Assembly: GCA_963711845.1 (NCBI GenBank)
Contig: CAVQFR010000007.1
Location: 2,165 to 66,164 of the forward strand
From: an uncultured delta proteobacterium
GTDB taxonomy: Bacteria > Desulfobacterota > BSN033 > UBA1163
DNA: 64,000 nucleotides
Direction of reading: 5' to 3'
A model generated the notes under the pieces. It searched no databases, was not told the DNA's origin, and worked only from the letters and a program-made list of their open reading frames with translations. The position numbers were made by a program, and so were the translations under genes. Below are positions 28,776 to 40,200 of the stretch, in pieces (the stretch's first letter is position 1; each line of letters starts with the position of its first letter).

Positions 28776-30450
28776 TCACCACTGAATTCCTTTCTTCTTA
28801 AGATAGCTTTGCGCATCATTGTTTCCTAAACTCGCAGCCTTTTTCAAATCTTCCAGAGCTTGTTCTGTTCTGCCAAGTTTCAAAAATGTATACCCCCGCT
28901 GTAAAAAAGATCAGGGAGGACGTCGGATCGAGTTTAATCGCTTTGTCAAAATCTTTAATAGCATCTTGAAGTTTATTCAATGAGGCGAGGGCCATCCCTC
29001 TTCTAAAATTAGCATATGAAAACTCAGGGTCGAGCTCAATTGCCTTATTGGCATCCTCCAGTGCTTGATGATAGTTTTTCAACATGAAATAGGCCCAGCT
29101 CCGATGGCAATAGGCATATACATAAGCCGGGTTAAGTTTTATTGCTTTATTTAGGTCCTCAATGGCCTTCTGGTAGTTGAGCAAACCAATATGGGCCCAT
29201 CCCCGGGTATTAAAGCCCCAGGCAAGGTTTGGGTCAAGTTTGATAGCCTGTTCGCTCTCGCTAAGGGCTTGTTGGTGTTGCCCCCAATCATTGTAGATTG
29301 CGGCTCTTCCGGCATAAGGTTTTGCAAAATTAGGATCGATCTCGATTGCCTTATCGAAGGCTTTCATAGCCTCTTGGTTCTTCTTATCTCTGTATCTCAA
29401 TGCATACCCTTTTTTAAACCAATCCACCGCGTTCAATTCGTTAACAGCTTTAGCGTATTTCTCTTGGCTGACTTTCTCTCCTTCGCCTTTCCCCATCTCT
29501 TTTTTCAATTTCTCAATCTCTTTTAGCGCCTCTTCCGTTTTTTTCTTCATCTCTTCCAAAGTCTTACTCTGCTCCTGATCCCTACGAACAATATCCATTG
29601 ATCTTGCTAATTCATCAGTTACTTGAACCTTTGGAGCAGGGGAAAGAGCGGGTTTTGAGATTTTTTCGGGGGATGGAGGTGGTTTCTTCTCTTTGGGGAC
29701 AACTTCTGGTGAAGGAGGCACGGTTGCTAAGGGCTTTTCAGGTAAGGGAGCTGTGATTTTCTCTTTAAAGGCTACCTCTGGTTGTGGGGTAGGGGAGATA
29801 TAAAATTTCCAGATCATCATAGCAGCAACTACCACAATCGCAGCGACCACAAAACCTAAAGCAGCCCTCTGCCATTGTGTGGGTTTAGCCTTTTTTTGGG
29901 TGGTTGCTTCCGGCTCAATTTGCGCCCCGTAAACCCGCACCGGCTTGATAATGTTCTTGACCTGATGCTCCCCCAGATACTTGTACCTCAAAGGCAGCTT
30001 GTTCTCGATCTGCTCGAATGCGCTCCCCGAGATACATATCCCTCCCGCCTCGGCCAAGCCTTCCAGCCGGGCCGCAATGTTCACTCCATCACCGTAGATC
30101 GCATTCCCTTCCTCGATTACATCCCCCAGGTTGATCCCAATCCGAAACGCCATCCTGCGGCTCTCAGGCAGCATGGCGTTCTTCGCCCTGAGCACCTGCT
30201 GGATCTCCACCGCACACTGCACCGCATCTACTACGCTCACAAACTCAGCCAGAACGTTGTCCCCAAGGGCGTCCACAATCCGCCCTCGGTGCTGCTGAAT
30301 GAGGCCCCTCATCATACCCTTGTATGTGTTCAGGGTATGGACGGTCCACTCTTCGTCCTCTCCCATGAGGCGGCTATACCCCTTCACATCTGCACTCAGG
30401 ATGACAGTGAGTTTACGTTTCACTTCTTGTGTGTTCATGGAGTCCTCCAT
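28776..30450 (-). CDS. Membrane-anchored class III nucleotidyl cyclase with C-terminal TPR repeats (paralog 1); one frame change in a T6 run at ~28905
   Basis: The ORF spans 28816-30450. The cyclase domain has the metal-binding Asp residues (ILSADVKGYS, DALGDNV). It has one TM helix (ALGFVVAAIVVVAAMMIW), a Pro-rich linker, a coiled coil and 5 or more TPRs. The ORF tail becomes nonsensical after AIKLDP. Shifting one base in the tttttt run restores a TPR ending …LQRGYTFLKLGRTEQALEDLKKAASLGNNDAQSYLKKKGIQW, with a stop at 28776-28778. The likely start is the second Met (MNTQEVKRKLT). Confidence 0.75.
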
Positions 30451-30493
30451 GGGTTAGTTGGGAGGTTGGTTTAAAACCCTATGGTTTGATAAG

Positions 30494-30522
30494 AGTCTAC
30501 TAATTTTGAATGGAAACTTCAA
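30494..30522 (-). promoter_or_regulatory. sigma70-like promoter (TTGAAG, 17 nt spacer, TAGACT) upstream of cyclase paralog 1; member of a conserved promoter family
   Basis: Minus-strand reading: cctgTTGAAG tttccattcaaaattag TAGACT, ~40 nt upstream of the start codon. It shares the aattcctgTTGA context with the elements at 42515-42543 and 44961-44989. Confidence 0.45.
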
Positions 30523-30686
30523 CAGGAATTATTTCTCATGTCTCGTGATCCGATATGTGACTTTGTTTTATCGATTACTACTTCAAATGCTGTAGGGTGG
30601 GACAAAAATGTAAAAACAATATTACAGGGAGAACTCCTTTTTCTTCCCAGATCCTGCCCGTCTCGAAGCCAATTTACCACTTCCAC

Positions 30687-30920
30687 CTACTTATCAACAG
30701 TCAGGGCAAGTAAGGTCGACTGAAAATTTACGATTGAAATAAACAAAAAAGGCAAGGTCAATTTGGCCCTTTTCTTTTCAATCAGCTCTTTTAAGGCTTC
30801 TGGAGTTATGAATCGAACATTTTCAGCCCGCCCAACGGTAACGATGAAGCAGATTATTGGAATAAGGAATGCAGCAATAACTGTGATGATCCAAAGCGAT
30901 TTCTTGACTCGATCCTCCAT
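30687..30920 (-). CDS. Small membrane protein, hypothetical
   Basis: 77 aa with one TM helix (LWIITVIAAFLIPIICFIV). It lies immediately downstream of the MauE-like gene with no gap. Confidence 0.4.
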   Translation of the reverse strand: MEDRVKKSLWIITVIAAFLIPIICFIVTVGRAENVRFITPEALKELIEKKRAKLTLPFLFISIVNFQSTLLALTVDK

Positions 30921-31427
30921 TCACCATATGAATCTTAATCTTTCTCTCCATGCCTTTGGCAGAACATTCCCCACAGCTTTCCAATGACGGACATCAGAAG
31001 GCGCCCACATCACGACCATCGCAAAGAACATCATTGGAAGATCAAGGAAGATGGTTACAGAGGCCAATGTGTCTCCGAACGCTCCAAAACAACCGCAATC
31101 AACGCTACGCCCATGTAAAAACACGATGGCCTTGGCAATAAAAAAAGATAAGCTCAGCAGGCCAATCCCCAAAGCCGATAATCGGGTTAACACTCCGAAA
31201 AGTAACCCTAATCCACACAGCAGTTCAATGAAAGGCAAGGCCAGTCCAAAAGGACGAGCTAAAAACATGGGCAGGATAACAAAGAAGTACACGGCATCCA
31301 CCGAATAACGCTCAATATCAACCAGTTTTCCAAAGGCCGCTGTAAGAAAAAAGGCTGCCAATATCAAGCGAAAGCAGAGAACAACAGTTTTTGTGGCTTT
31401 CTTACGTAAATTTTCAATCATATTCAT
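30921..31427 (-). CDS. MauE/DoxX-like integral membrane protein
   Basis: 168 aa with 4 TM segments and the characteristic VDCGCFG motif of the MauE (methylamine utilisation protein E) / DoxX-like family. Confidence 0.6.
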   Translation of the reverse strand: MNMIENLRKKATKTVVLCFRLILAAFFLTAAFGKLVDIERYSVDAVYFFVILPMFLARPFGLALPFIELLCGLGLLFGVLTRLSALGIGLLSLSFFIAKAIVFLHGRSVDCGCFGAFGDTLASVTIFLDLPMMFFAMVVMWAPSDVRHWKAVGNVLPKAWRERLRFIW

Positions 31428-31429
31428 CT

Positions 31430-31804
31430 CCTCGCCCCATTTTTTCTCGCTATTAGAAAATCAAGCGATTGGGCATCAATATTGAATTGGGACAGGAATG
31501 CGAGAGGATCGTCCATGCCTATTCCAATATTATCATGGACATTCAGATCAATGGAAACACCGGAAAGATCCGAATATCGCTCCCGTATGCGCACCCCAAC
31601 CTCACCCAAAGAATGCAGGTCACGATCTCTGACCCCAACCTTACGACCTTATACCGCATACTTCGACAGTCCCTTCAGAGCATAAATGAGAAGGTCTTGA
31701 AGAGTTGCTACTTCGGGCTCTTTGCCACAAACTCCTATTCTGGTACATCCCTCCCCTTTAGCCGTTTGCTCACATTGGCAGCAAAACATACTTTTTTCTC
31801 TCAT
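31430..31804 (-). pseudogene. hcp: Remnant of a hybrid-cluster protein (hydroxylamine reductase, hcp) gene: the N-terminal ~125 codons only, with an in-frame TAA
   Basis: Strong SD (aaggagg), then [51 protein letters not shown]. This is the diagnostic Hcp N-terminal Cys cluster (MFCxQCEQT … C … C). An in-frame TAA follows at 31649-31651. The frame then continues Hcp-like (GRKVGVRDRDLHS …) and ends at the MauE start. The expected ~400 further codons are absent. Confidence 0.55.
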
Positions 31805-31966
31805 TATTTTTCCTCCTTCTTTTAGATATGGGGGAAAGATATCTGCTTTCCTAATATTTACTCTAAAGATATCTCCAAAAGTCTATTCTTGCATTGACTT
31901 AAGTCAAACCTGGCAAACGGTTAGAAACGTGCAAGATTAAATAAAGCAGGATTTTGTTGCAATTTC

Positions 31967-33860
31967 TCACTTCAAGCCCGCCTTGCGCAGGGCACCAATA
32001 TGGCGATCCAAATCGGCCTGATTCTTGAAGAGGAGTGCTTTTGCATGATGTTCAAGAGAAAACTTGGGATCTATCTTCAGGACCTCTGCGACCTCATCCT
32101 GAGCTTCCTTCTCACGGCCCATCAAACTATAAGTGGCGGCTAAGCCCAAGCGAGGCATCGTACTATCAGGGGCGCGATGGAGAGCTTTCTTATATCCCTT
32201 TATCGCCTCTTCATACCGCCCCAATTGAACATAGGAAGAGGCCAACATTTGAGAATACCAGGCCGGGAAAGGATTGAGACGTATTGCCTTCTGATACATT
32301 GCAATCGCTTCCTCAAACCTTCCAGCATAGTATAAACTATAAGCCAATGCCGCCTGGACAAAATCTGAATTGGGATCGAGGGCGAGCGCCCGTTCCCCTT
32401 CTGCAATAGCCTTTTCGTACTGCCTTTTACCCAAAGAGATTCTTCCCAAAAAGGCGTGGCGCTTTTCCCGAAGAGTCGTCAAGGACGAGGGCCTTCTGTA
32501 CGCTTTCTTCTGCACGTCTTAGAGATTTTTCAGGGGATTCAGTTGTTCCATAACTCAAATCCATGATGAGAGTCGCGCCCAGGCGTAAGTAGGCTTCTGC
32601 ATATTTCGGGTCGAGAGCAATAGCTTCCTCTGCATATCTTCGGGCTTGGATATTACCCTCTTTAGTGAATCGACCTGACTGATGGGCTGATTGCAAGAGC
32701 TTCAAATATGCCTCAAGGTTGTCCGTGCCTTTTATCGGTAGGCCGGATCGTTCTACCCCCTCCAGCTTAACCTGGAGGGCAGATATGATCCTCAGCGTAA
32801 TCTCATCCTGTAAAGCAAAAATGTTTTTCAGATCTCGGTCGTAGCGTTCAGCCCATAAGTGGTGTCCCGTAAGGGCATCGATGAGCTGTGCGGTAATCCT
32901 CACTTTGTCGCCCGATTTGCGGATGCTTCCCTCCAGGACATACCGCACACCCAGTTCCTCGCTCACCTGCTTGACTTTCACGGGCTGACCTTTATAGGTG
33001 AAAGTTGATTGCCTTGAAATCACAAATAAGTGGGGAACCTTGGAGAGAGCGGTGATGATTTCCTCAGTGATTCCATCGCTAAAATACTCCTGCTCTTTGT
33101 CACCACTCATGTTGACAAACGGCAGCACAGCAATGGAGGGTTTGTCAGGCAAGGGGAAAGCCATTTTTTCTTTTGAGGCAACCTCAACTGGAGGACGAGT
33201 AGGGTGAAGGTATAAACGCCAAATTACAACAACTGCGGCTACTACAATTAGAATTGCTACAAGAATTGAAACTGGATTCTGCCATTTTCTTGGTTTAGCC
33301 TTTCTCTCACCGATCACCTTGCCAGCTCCCTCCGGCTCCATCAGAACTCGATAGACTCGTATGGGCTCTGCGATGTTCTTAACCGCTTGCTCCTCAAGAT
33401 ACTTATATCCAAGGTTTAACTTGTTCTTAACTTGATCAAAGGCAGTTCCAGAGATACAGATACCTCCTGCTTCAGACAGACTCTCTAAACGCGCTGCAAT
33501 ATTGACTCCGTCCCCCAAGATCTGCTCCCCATCCTCAATCACATCCCCAAGGTTGATCCCGATGCGAAACTCCATCCTGCGGTTCTTGGGTAACTCAGCA
33601 TTTCGGGTTTTGAGGTCCTCCTGAATATCGACAGCACACTCAACCGCATCGACCACACTGGCAAACTCGGCCAGGACATTGTCCCCAGGAGAGTCCACCA
33701 CTCGAGCCCGGTGTTGCCCCACCAAGTTCCGAATGACCTCCTTGTATGTCTTCAGAGTCCGGACAGTCCACTCCTCGTCTTCCCCCATGAGGCGACTGTA
33801 CCCCTTCACATCGGCACTGAGAATGGCAGTTAGCTTACGCTTAATTTCTTGGGTGGTCAT
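31967..33860 (-). CDS. Membrane-anchored class III nucleotidyl cyclase with periplasmic TolB-N-like domain and C-terminal TPR repeats (paralog 2); one frame change near 32470
   Basis: The 477 aa ORF holds the cyclase (MTTQEIKRKLTAILSADVKGYSRLMGEDEEW … VDSPGDNVLAEF … GGICISG), one TM helix and a TolB-N-like domain (LPFVNMSGDKEQEYFSDGITEEIITALSKV … QLIDALTGHHLWAERYDR). The 182 aa ORF holds the TPRs. The two overlap at 32427-32515. The shift occurs at gcgccacgcc. Confidence 0.75.
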
Positions 33861-33916
33861 TAAATTCTCCTCTATGCTTTATAAATGAAGAGTTCGTGCA
33901 AGGGCTTGAGGGTCGA

Positions 33917-36900
33917 CTATTTTCGCTCTTCTATGGAAGACAGGGCCTCTTTAGCCTGTTTCAGGAACCCTTCGGCCTCGGTTTGTTCAAAGATCTGGAT
34001 AGCCTCGGAGATGTATTCCTTGGCTTGCTCGGTCTTCCCTTTCATCCTATACAGCAAACCCAAATCGAGATAGGCCATCCCCATCATGCCTTTAGCGCCG
34101 ATTTCTTTAGCAACCTCTATTGCTCGATTGAAATGTTCTTCGGCCTTCTTGCTGGCGAACGGGACGTTCTTAACGAGAAAGCCTATATTCTTAGCCATTG
34201 TTGATAGACTGATCGGCCCCGATCCCTCCACAATCTGAGAATAGACCTTCCCCAGGGCATACTCGGACCGGGCATAATGGGGTCGCCACTGGTTTTCCAG
34301 ACATTCTCGTTGTCCCTCTTCCAATAGCTTCAACCCCTGGCTCATCTGGCCTTTGGCAATTAACAACACCCCCATATAAATACACGCCTGTATTCCGATC
34401 CATCCAGCCCCAAACTTCCGGCTGTAGCTCAACACTTCCTCAAGAGCGGTTTCAGCCTTATCCAGCTGGTTGCTGAGCAAATAGCTCAAACCAAGGTTCA
34501 GCCTTAAAAGCTGTGAGTAGAAAGGGTCCACAGCGAGCCGGGTTCCGGTCTCCAGGCATTCAATGGCCGAATGGAAATCACTACGCAAAGCGTAGCCACC
34601 TCCCATAATCCCGTGACCCATCACCAAGCTTCGAATATTTGAATGTCTCTCACCATAGTCCAGAAGGGCTTTCCCGGCTTCAAGGGTCTTTTTCGTCTCT
34701 CCGCTATAATAGTACGCTGCCCCTAATCCGCCAAGGGACTTGAAATACAAGTACGGATCTGACTCGAAAGACCTGGAGATATCCTGGGCCCTCTGTCCAA
34801 AGTCAACCGCTTCTTCCAGAAGGCCCAATCCGGCACAGGTCCAGGTAAGCCAGGTGCAGGCGTAGCCGATCACCCTCCTGTCTTCAATCTCCTCCCCAGT
34901 CTTGAGAGCTTTGCACAAGTATTCATAAGAGCCTTTCGCCTTCCCGCTGCAATGCAAGCCAAAGCCGAGCCATGCATAGAACATCCCGAGTTCGGCCTTG
35001 CCCACGGACTCAGCCAGTCCTTCATGATTGCTGAACAAACTGATGAGGCCCCTGAAATCGCCACGGTAGTAAAAGACATAGGCCCACTTGTTGAGCAGAT
35101 CGATGAGGAGCCTCTTTTCCTCATCCGTCATGGCTGGTTTATTCTTAAGAAGATCGAAAGCCTCTTGATAGTACTGATGGGATTCTTCAATGGCATACCT
35201 TTTGAGACTCTTCTCGCCCGACTTCATAAGATAATCGACGGCCTTGTGTAGAGATTGACCCCGCTTGAAATGAAAGGCCAGGGTCTCATAGAACTCTGAA
35301 AGCCTCTCGCGAAACAACTGCTCCATCACAAGAGCAATTCGCTCATGGACTGCCTGGCGCTCCCTTTTAAGAAGACCGCTGTAAACCACCTCCTGGGTCA
35401 GGGCATGCTTGAAAACATATTCCAGCTCCGGCTGAAAAGACCTTATCCGGATCAGGTCGAACTGCTCCAACCTGTGGAGATGATGGTCCAGCCGCTCCTT
35501 GAACTCCGTGATTTTTGTAAGGATCTCATAGAGAAAGGTCCTCCCAATGACCGAGGCTTCCTGAAGAATGCGCTTCATCTCCTTCTCCAGTCGGTCGAGC
35601 CTTGCGGAGATGACGCCTTGTACTGTTGGAGAAATGTCTGCCTCGCCGATTGGCCGACTTAGCTTCCAGTTGCCGTTGTCGCGGATGAGGGTGCCCGACT
35701 CGATCAGGGAGTTGATAACCTCTTCCAGATAAAAAGGATTACCCTCTACCTTCTCCTGAATGAATTTCCTCAACTCCTGGGGGATGGTCTTGGACTTCAG
35801 CAGAGATTCCATCATGTCCTGGCTATCCGAGGCTGAAAGATCCTGGAGATTGATCTCCTGGTAAGTCTTGCCAAGGGCACCCAACTGATGGCTGGTGAAG
35901 AGGCTAAAAGGAAGCCTGTATGCACAGATAAACAGGACCGGATAACTGAACTCCGATAGAATCGAACGAAGAAGATCAAGGGACGATGGATCTGCCCAGT
36001 GGATGTCCTCCAGACAGATAACCGTCGGGCCACTCTGTGCCAAAGCGGAAAGAATGGCCTGGACTGCTTTTAACAGACTCGATCTCCAGAATTCAGGGCT
36101 CACCCCTTCTATCTCTGGGTAGCTGAGGCTATAAAGGCTCCCTACATAAGGGAGCACATCCTTTTTCTTTCCAATCAGGTTTTCTATACCTGATTCGATT
36201 TTTCCCCTCACTTTTTCTGTAGAATCGCCTTCTTCAATTTGCCAGGTTCGATTCAGGAGATCGATCAGTGGAAAATAGGGAATGTTTTGGGAATAGGCGT
36301 AAGCGTGGCCCTCACGCCATTGGATTTCATTGAGATCCAATGTGGCCCTGAATTCCTCAAGAAGTCGGGTCTTTCCGGTGCCCGCATCACCACAAATAGA
36401 GAAGATTCCCCCTTTGCCCTGACGCAGCCTTTGCACTGCCTCCTGAAGTTGGGCCAATTCCGCCTTCCTGCCGATGAGATCAGCCCTCAACCCAAGGGTA
36501 CGATGCAAAGTAAGCGGCTTCTCCTTGGTAGATAGCAGCCTGTAAACTTGCACTGCCTCTACCTTCCCTTTGATCTGGGCAGGCTCTAACCTTTCAAAAA
36601 CAAAATGCCCTTCTGCCAGCTGATAAGTCACTGAACCCACCAGAATCTCTCCTGCCTTGGCCAGATCGCTCAGCCGAGAGGCCAGATTGATGGTGTCTCC
36701 CAACACGCCCGTAGTGACTCCTTCCTGATCCATCTGACCTGTCACAACGAGACCCGTATTGATGCCGGTGTGCATGGATAAAGATCTTTCAATCCTTTGC
36801 TCAACCCGCGGACTCATCGCCTCTACAAAGGAGTGTATTTCCTTAGCCGCCCGGATGGCCCTTACCGGATCATCTTCGTGGGCCTTTGGCACACCAAAGA

Positions 36901-37267
36901 AGGCCACGACTGCATCACCAATAAATTTTTCAATGGACCCATTGTACTTTTTCACGATAGAGGTAATCTCTGCGAAGACTTGACTCATGATCTCCTTGAC
37001 GTCTTCAGGATCAAGCCTTTCCGACATAGCGGTATAACCTGATAGGTCAGAGAAAAGAACGGTGACCTGCTTTCGCTCCCCCTCAATCTGCGGTTCTATT
37101 CTTCCAATTACTGCTTCTTCTAATTTCTGTCCGCACTCACCGCAGAATTTGTCTGCAGGAAGGTTTTCAAAATGGCAATTGGGGCAGAGCAATATTAGTT
37201 TTGCACCACATTCCTTACAGAACTTTCTTATCTCTGGATTTTCAGTCTGGCATTTCGGACATTTCAT
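33917..37267 (-). CDS. Multidomain signalling protein: N-terminal double zinc ribbon, class III cyclase domain, STAND/AAA+ P-loop NTPase, C-terminal TPR array (1116 aa)
   Basis: Zinc ribbons (MKCPKCQTENPEIRKFCKECG … CPNCHFEN … CGECGQKL). Cyclase (KQVTVLFSDLSGYTA … EKFIGDAVVAFFG … GINTGLVVTG). Walker A (ICGDAGTGKTRLLEEF). Long helical/TPR C-terminus. A 56 nt gap separates it from paralog 2 downstream. Confidence 0.8.
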   Translation of the reverse strand: MKCPKCQTENPEIRKFCKECGAKLILLCPNCHFENLPADKFCGECGQKLEEAVIGRIEPQIEGERKQVTVLFSDLSGYTAMSERLDPEDVKEIMSQVFAEITSIVKKYNGSIEKFIGDAVVAFFGVPKAHEDDPVRAIRAAKEIHSFVEAMSPRVEQRIERSLSMHTGINTGLVVTGQMDQEGVTTGVLGDTINLASRLSDLAKAGEILVGSVTYQLAEGHFVFERLEPAQIKGKVEAVQVYRLLSTKEKPLTLHRTLGLRADLIGRKAELAQLQEAVQRLRQGKGGIFSICGDAGTGKTRLLEEFRATLDLNEIQWREGHAYAYSQNIPYFPLIDLLNRTWQIEEGDSTEKVRGKIESGIENLIGKKKDVLPYVGSLYSLSYPEIEGVSPEFWRSSLLKAVQAILSALAQSGPTVICLEDIHWADPSSLDLLRSILSEFSYPVLFICAYRLPFSLFTSHQLGALGKTYQEINLQDLSASDSQDMMESLLKSKTIPQELRKFIQEKVEGNPFYLEEVINSLIESGTLIRDNGNWKLSRPIGEADISPTVQGVISARLDRLEKEMKRILQEASVIGRTFLYEILTKITEFKERLDHHLHRLEQFDLIRIRSFQPELEYVFKHALTQEVVYSGLLKRERQAVHERIALVMEQLFRERLSEFYETLAFHFKRGQSLHKAVDYLMKSGEKSLKRYAIEESHQYYQEAFDLLKNKPAMTDEEKRLLIDLLNKWAYVFYYRGDFRGLISLFSNHEGLAESVGKAELGMFYAWLGFGLHCSGKAKGSYEYLCKALKTGEEIEDRRVIGYACTWLTWTCAGLGLLEEAVDFGQRAQDISRSFESDPYLYFKSLGGLGAAYYYSGETKKTLEAGKALLDYGERHSNIRSLVMGHGIMGGGYALRSDFHSAIECLETGTRLAVDPFYSQLLRLNLGLSYLLSNQLDKAETALEEVLSYSRKFGAGWIGIQACIYMGVLLIAKGQMSQGLKLLEEGQRECLENQWRPHYARSEYALGKVYSQIVEGSGPISLSTMAKNIGFLVKNVPFASKKAEEHFNRAIEVAKEIGAKGMMGMAYLDLGLLYRMKGKTEQAKEYISEAIQIFEQTEAEGFLKQAKEALSSIEERK

Positions 37268-37296
37268 TTTTGACTCCGGTAATTTGTGTCCTCTTT

Positions 37297-40200
37297 TTAC
37301 AGCTTTTGGAAGAGCTTTTTTGTGCGGGCCAAGTGATAATCCATTCCCATCCTGCTGAACATCTCTTCAGACCTTCTCAGGTATTCAAGGGCTTTTTCCT
37401 TTCTTCCGGCATCCAAATAAAGCTCGCCGAGAGTTAAGCAACCCACAGCATACGCTGGCTTCGTTTCTAGATCATCCAGCATTTTCATTCCTTGCAGAAT
37501 GTACTCTTCTGCCTTATCTATCTGCGATTCTTCCATTTTTCCAACGGTCCTTCCAAGTTGAAGCCATGCCTCTCCTTCAAAATATTTTTCATGGTTCTTT
37601 TGCGCTAGATTCAGAGATCGCTCAGCATGAACTTTTGCCTCATTCAAATTACCCAAATCAAAATGAACCAGACTTAAAGCCCAGAGATGAAGGGACAACC
37701 AACCAGGGGCTCCGATATGCATCTTCATGTTAAGGCCTTTTTCCGCGAATCCCAGGGCTTTGCCAGGATCTCCCATCAAACGATATCCATCCCCAATGAA
37801 GCACCAGGCAAGGGGCAAGAAGAAGACTGCTTTCAATTTTTCAAGGTATCCAATGCTGGTCTCCATATGTTTTGCAGAATTCTCTCCATCGCCTTTAGGG
37901 CTGAATAAACACCCGTACAGGAATTCCGCAATGGCTATGCTATATACGTTATTGGCTTCTTGTGCTAAAGAAAGAGCTTTATTACATGCCTGCTCTCCTT
38001 TTCCAAATTCCCCCACATATCCCAGGCCATGTCCATAGTTGGCATACAAATACGAACGCAGATCAACGGGCATGCCGAATAATTCACCCTGCCTTTGGGT
38101 TTTTTCAAGCGAAGCCAAGATTCTTGGAGTTAAGTGCACCACTTTCCGGTATTCTCCCGCGACATCCATGGAAAAAGTTAGCATCACACCGATCCGAGCC
38201 GTTATTTGACTGTCCTGTAACCGCTCTGCTTCCTCAAAAGCATCCTGCTGATATTTCATTCCCAGCGCAGCATTTCCTTTAGCTGAATAAAAAGAGCCCA
38301 GATGACTGCATAAGATTGCCAAACTTTTTTTGTCCTTAACACCTTTACAAAGCGTCTCTCCCTCCTGGAGTATCTTGAAAGAATCTTCAGGATAAGCTAG
38401 GAGTCTCATCGAATGCGCCGTCGAAAGGATGACTTCAATCTGTTCCTTCTTGTTCTGATCTGTTTCGCCCATTTGCTTGAGGATACCGATCGCATCTCTG
38501 TAAAAACGGAAGGCCTCTGTCGGGGAATAGCTTCTCATGGCTTTGTTGCCTGATAATTTCAGGTATTGGTAAGCCTTTTCTAAGTCATCACTCTTGGAGT
38601 AATGATAAGCTAACATCTCATAGAACTCTTCCAACCTGTCCGGGTAAATCTCTTCGATGGCCCTTCCAATCTTCTCGTGGATCTCCTTTCTCCTCTTGAG
38701 AAGTAAGCTGTTATAGGCCACCTCCTGGGTGAGGGCGTGTTTGAAGATATATTCCAGCTCAGGGAAGAGTCTCTTCTCATAGATAAACTCCAGGCCCTGA
38801 AGGTTTAAGAGATGGGATTTAAGCTCTTCCTTCATCTCCATGATGGCCTGAAGGATACGAAACGCAAACTCTCTCCCAATCACCGATGCCACCTGCATGA
38901 TCCTCTTGAGGCTCTCCTCCAAACGGTCCATCCGGGCCGCTATGATCCCCTGGATGGTATCGGGAACCTGAATATCAGAGGGTTTTTTACTTAATAAATA
39001 GTGATCCCCCTCTCTCCGGATCGTCCCGTTTTCTAACAACGTATGGGTAAGCTCCTCCATGAAGAGAGGATTCCCAGCAGCTTTGTTCAGGATCAATTCC
39101 CTAAGCTCAGGGACGATCTCTCCTTCCTTGAGAATAGACTGAACCAGTTCGGCACTTGTCTGGAGAGAGAGCTGATCTACACGGATGTTGGTGTAATACG
39201 ATTTGCTCCCCCAGCGATGGGTATATTCCGGCCTATAGAGAAGGATCAAGAGAATGGGTGTGTTGGCCAGCCAGCCGATGAAGTAGTCGAGGAACTCTTC
39301 AGAGGTCTTGTCGATCCAGTGAAGGTCTTCGAAAACAAGAACCAAGGGCTTTTTTTGGCTTTCTCGAATCAGTAGATCCCTAATGGCTTCAAAGATCTTC
39401 TCTCTTTTCTGTTTGGGCTCAAGCTTAAGGTGGGCTTCATCATCTACTTTAAGAGAGAGAAGCTCTTGGAAAGGTGAGAGCGCACTTTTAAGCTTCTCAT
39501 TAAGCTGAAAGACTTTCTCTTTTATCTTCCTCTTAATAGAAAACTCCTGCTCCCCTTCTTTGATCTCAAAATATGATCTCAGGATATCCAGTATGGGCAG
39601 GTAGGCTATCGAGCCTCCGTAGTGGAGGCACCGTCCTTCGAGGTAAACGTATTCTTCTCTTTGGAACATCTTCCTCGTCTCAAAGATGATCCTTGACTTC
39701 CCCACTCCAGCTTCGCCCACGACCCCTACCATCTGCCCGGACCCGGATCGAACCTTTTCCAAAGCCTCTTGGAGAAATTCCATTTCTCTCTTTCTGCCAA
39801 CAAATTTCGTAAGGCCTGCCACAGCAGCCGCTTCGATCCTTGTTTTTACTTTACTGGGCATTAAGAGCTCATAGGCTTCTTGAAGCTCCTCTTTCCCCTT
39901 CACCTGGACCTTGCCCAATGACTCGAACTTGAAGAAATCTTTTGCAAGTTTGTAAGTATGTCCTGATACTAAAATGGTGCCAGGCTTTGCCGTGTTCTCC
40001 ATCCTGGAAGCAAGGTTAGTGGTATCACCGACCGCTGTGTAATCCATCCGCAAATCATCCCCGATTGAGCCTACCACTACCGGCCCGGAGTTGAGCCCCA
40101 TACGCATTCTAAAATCAAATCCGGACTCCCTCTTCACTTTTTCCCCGTACTCCACCAGGGCCTTTTGAATCGACAAGGCAGCATAGCAGGCCCGTTGAGC

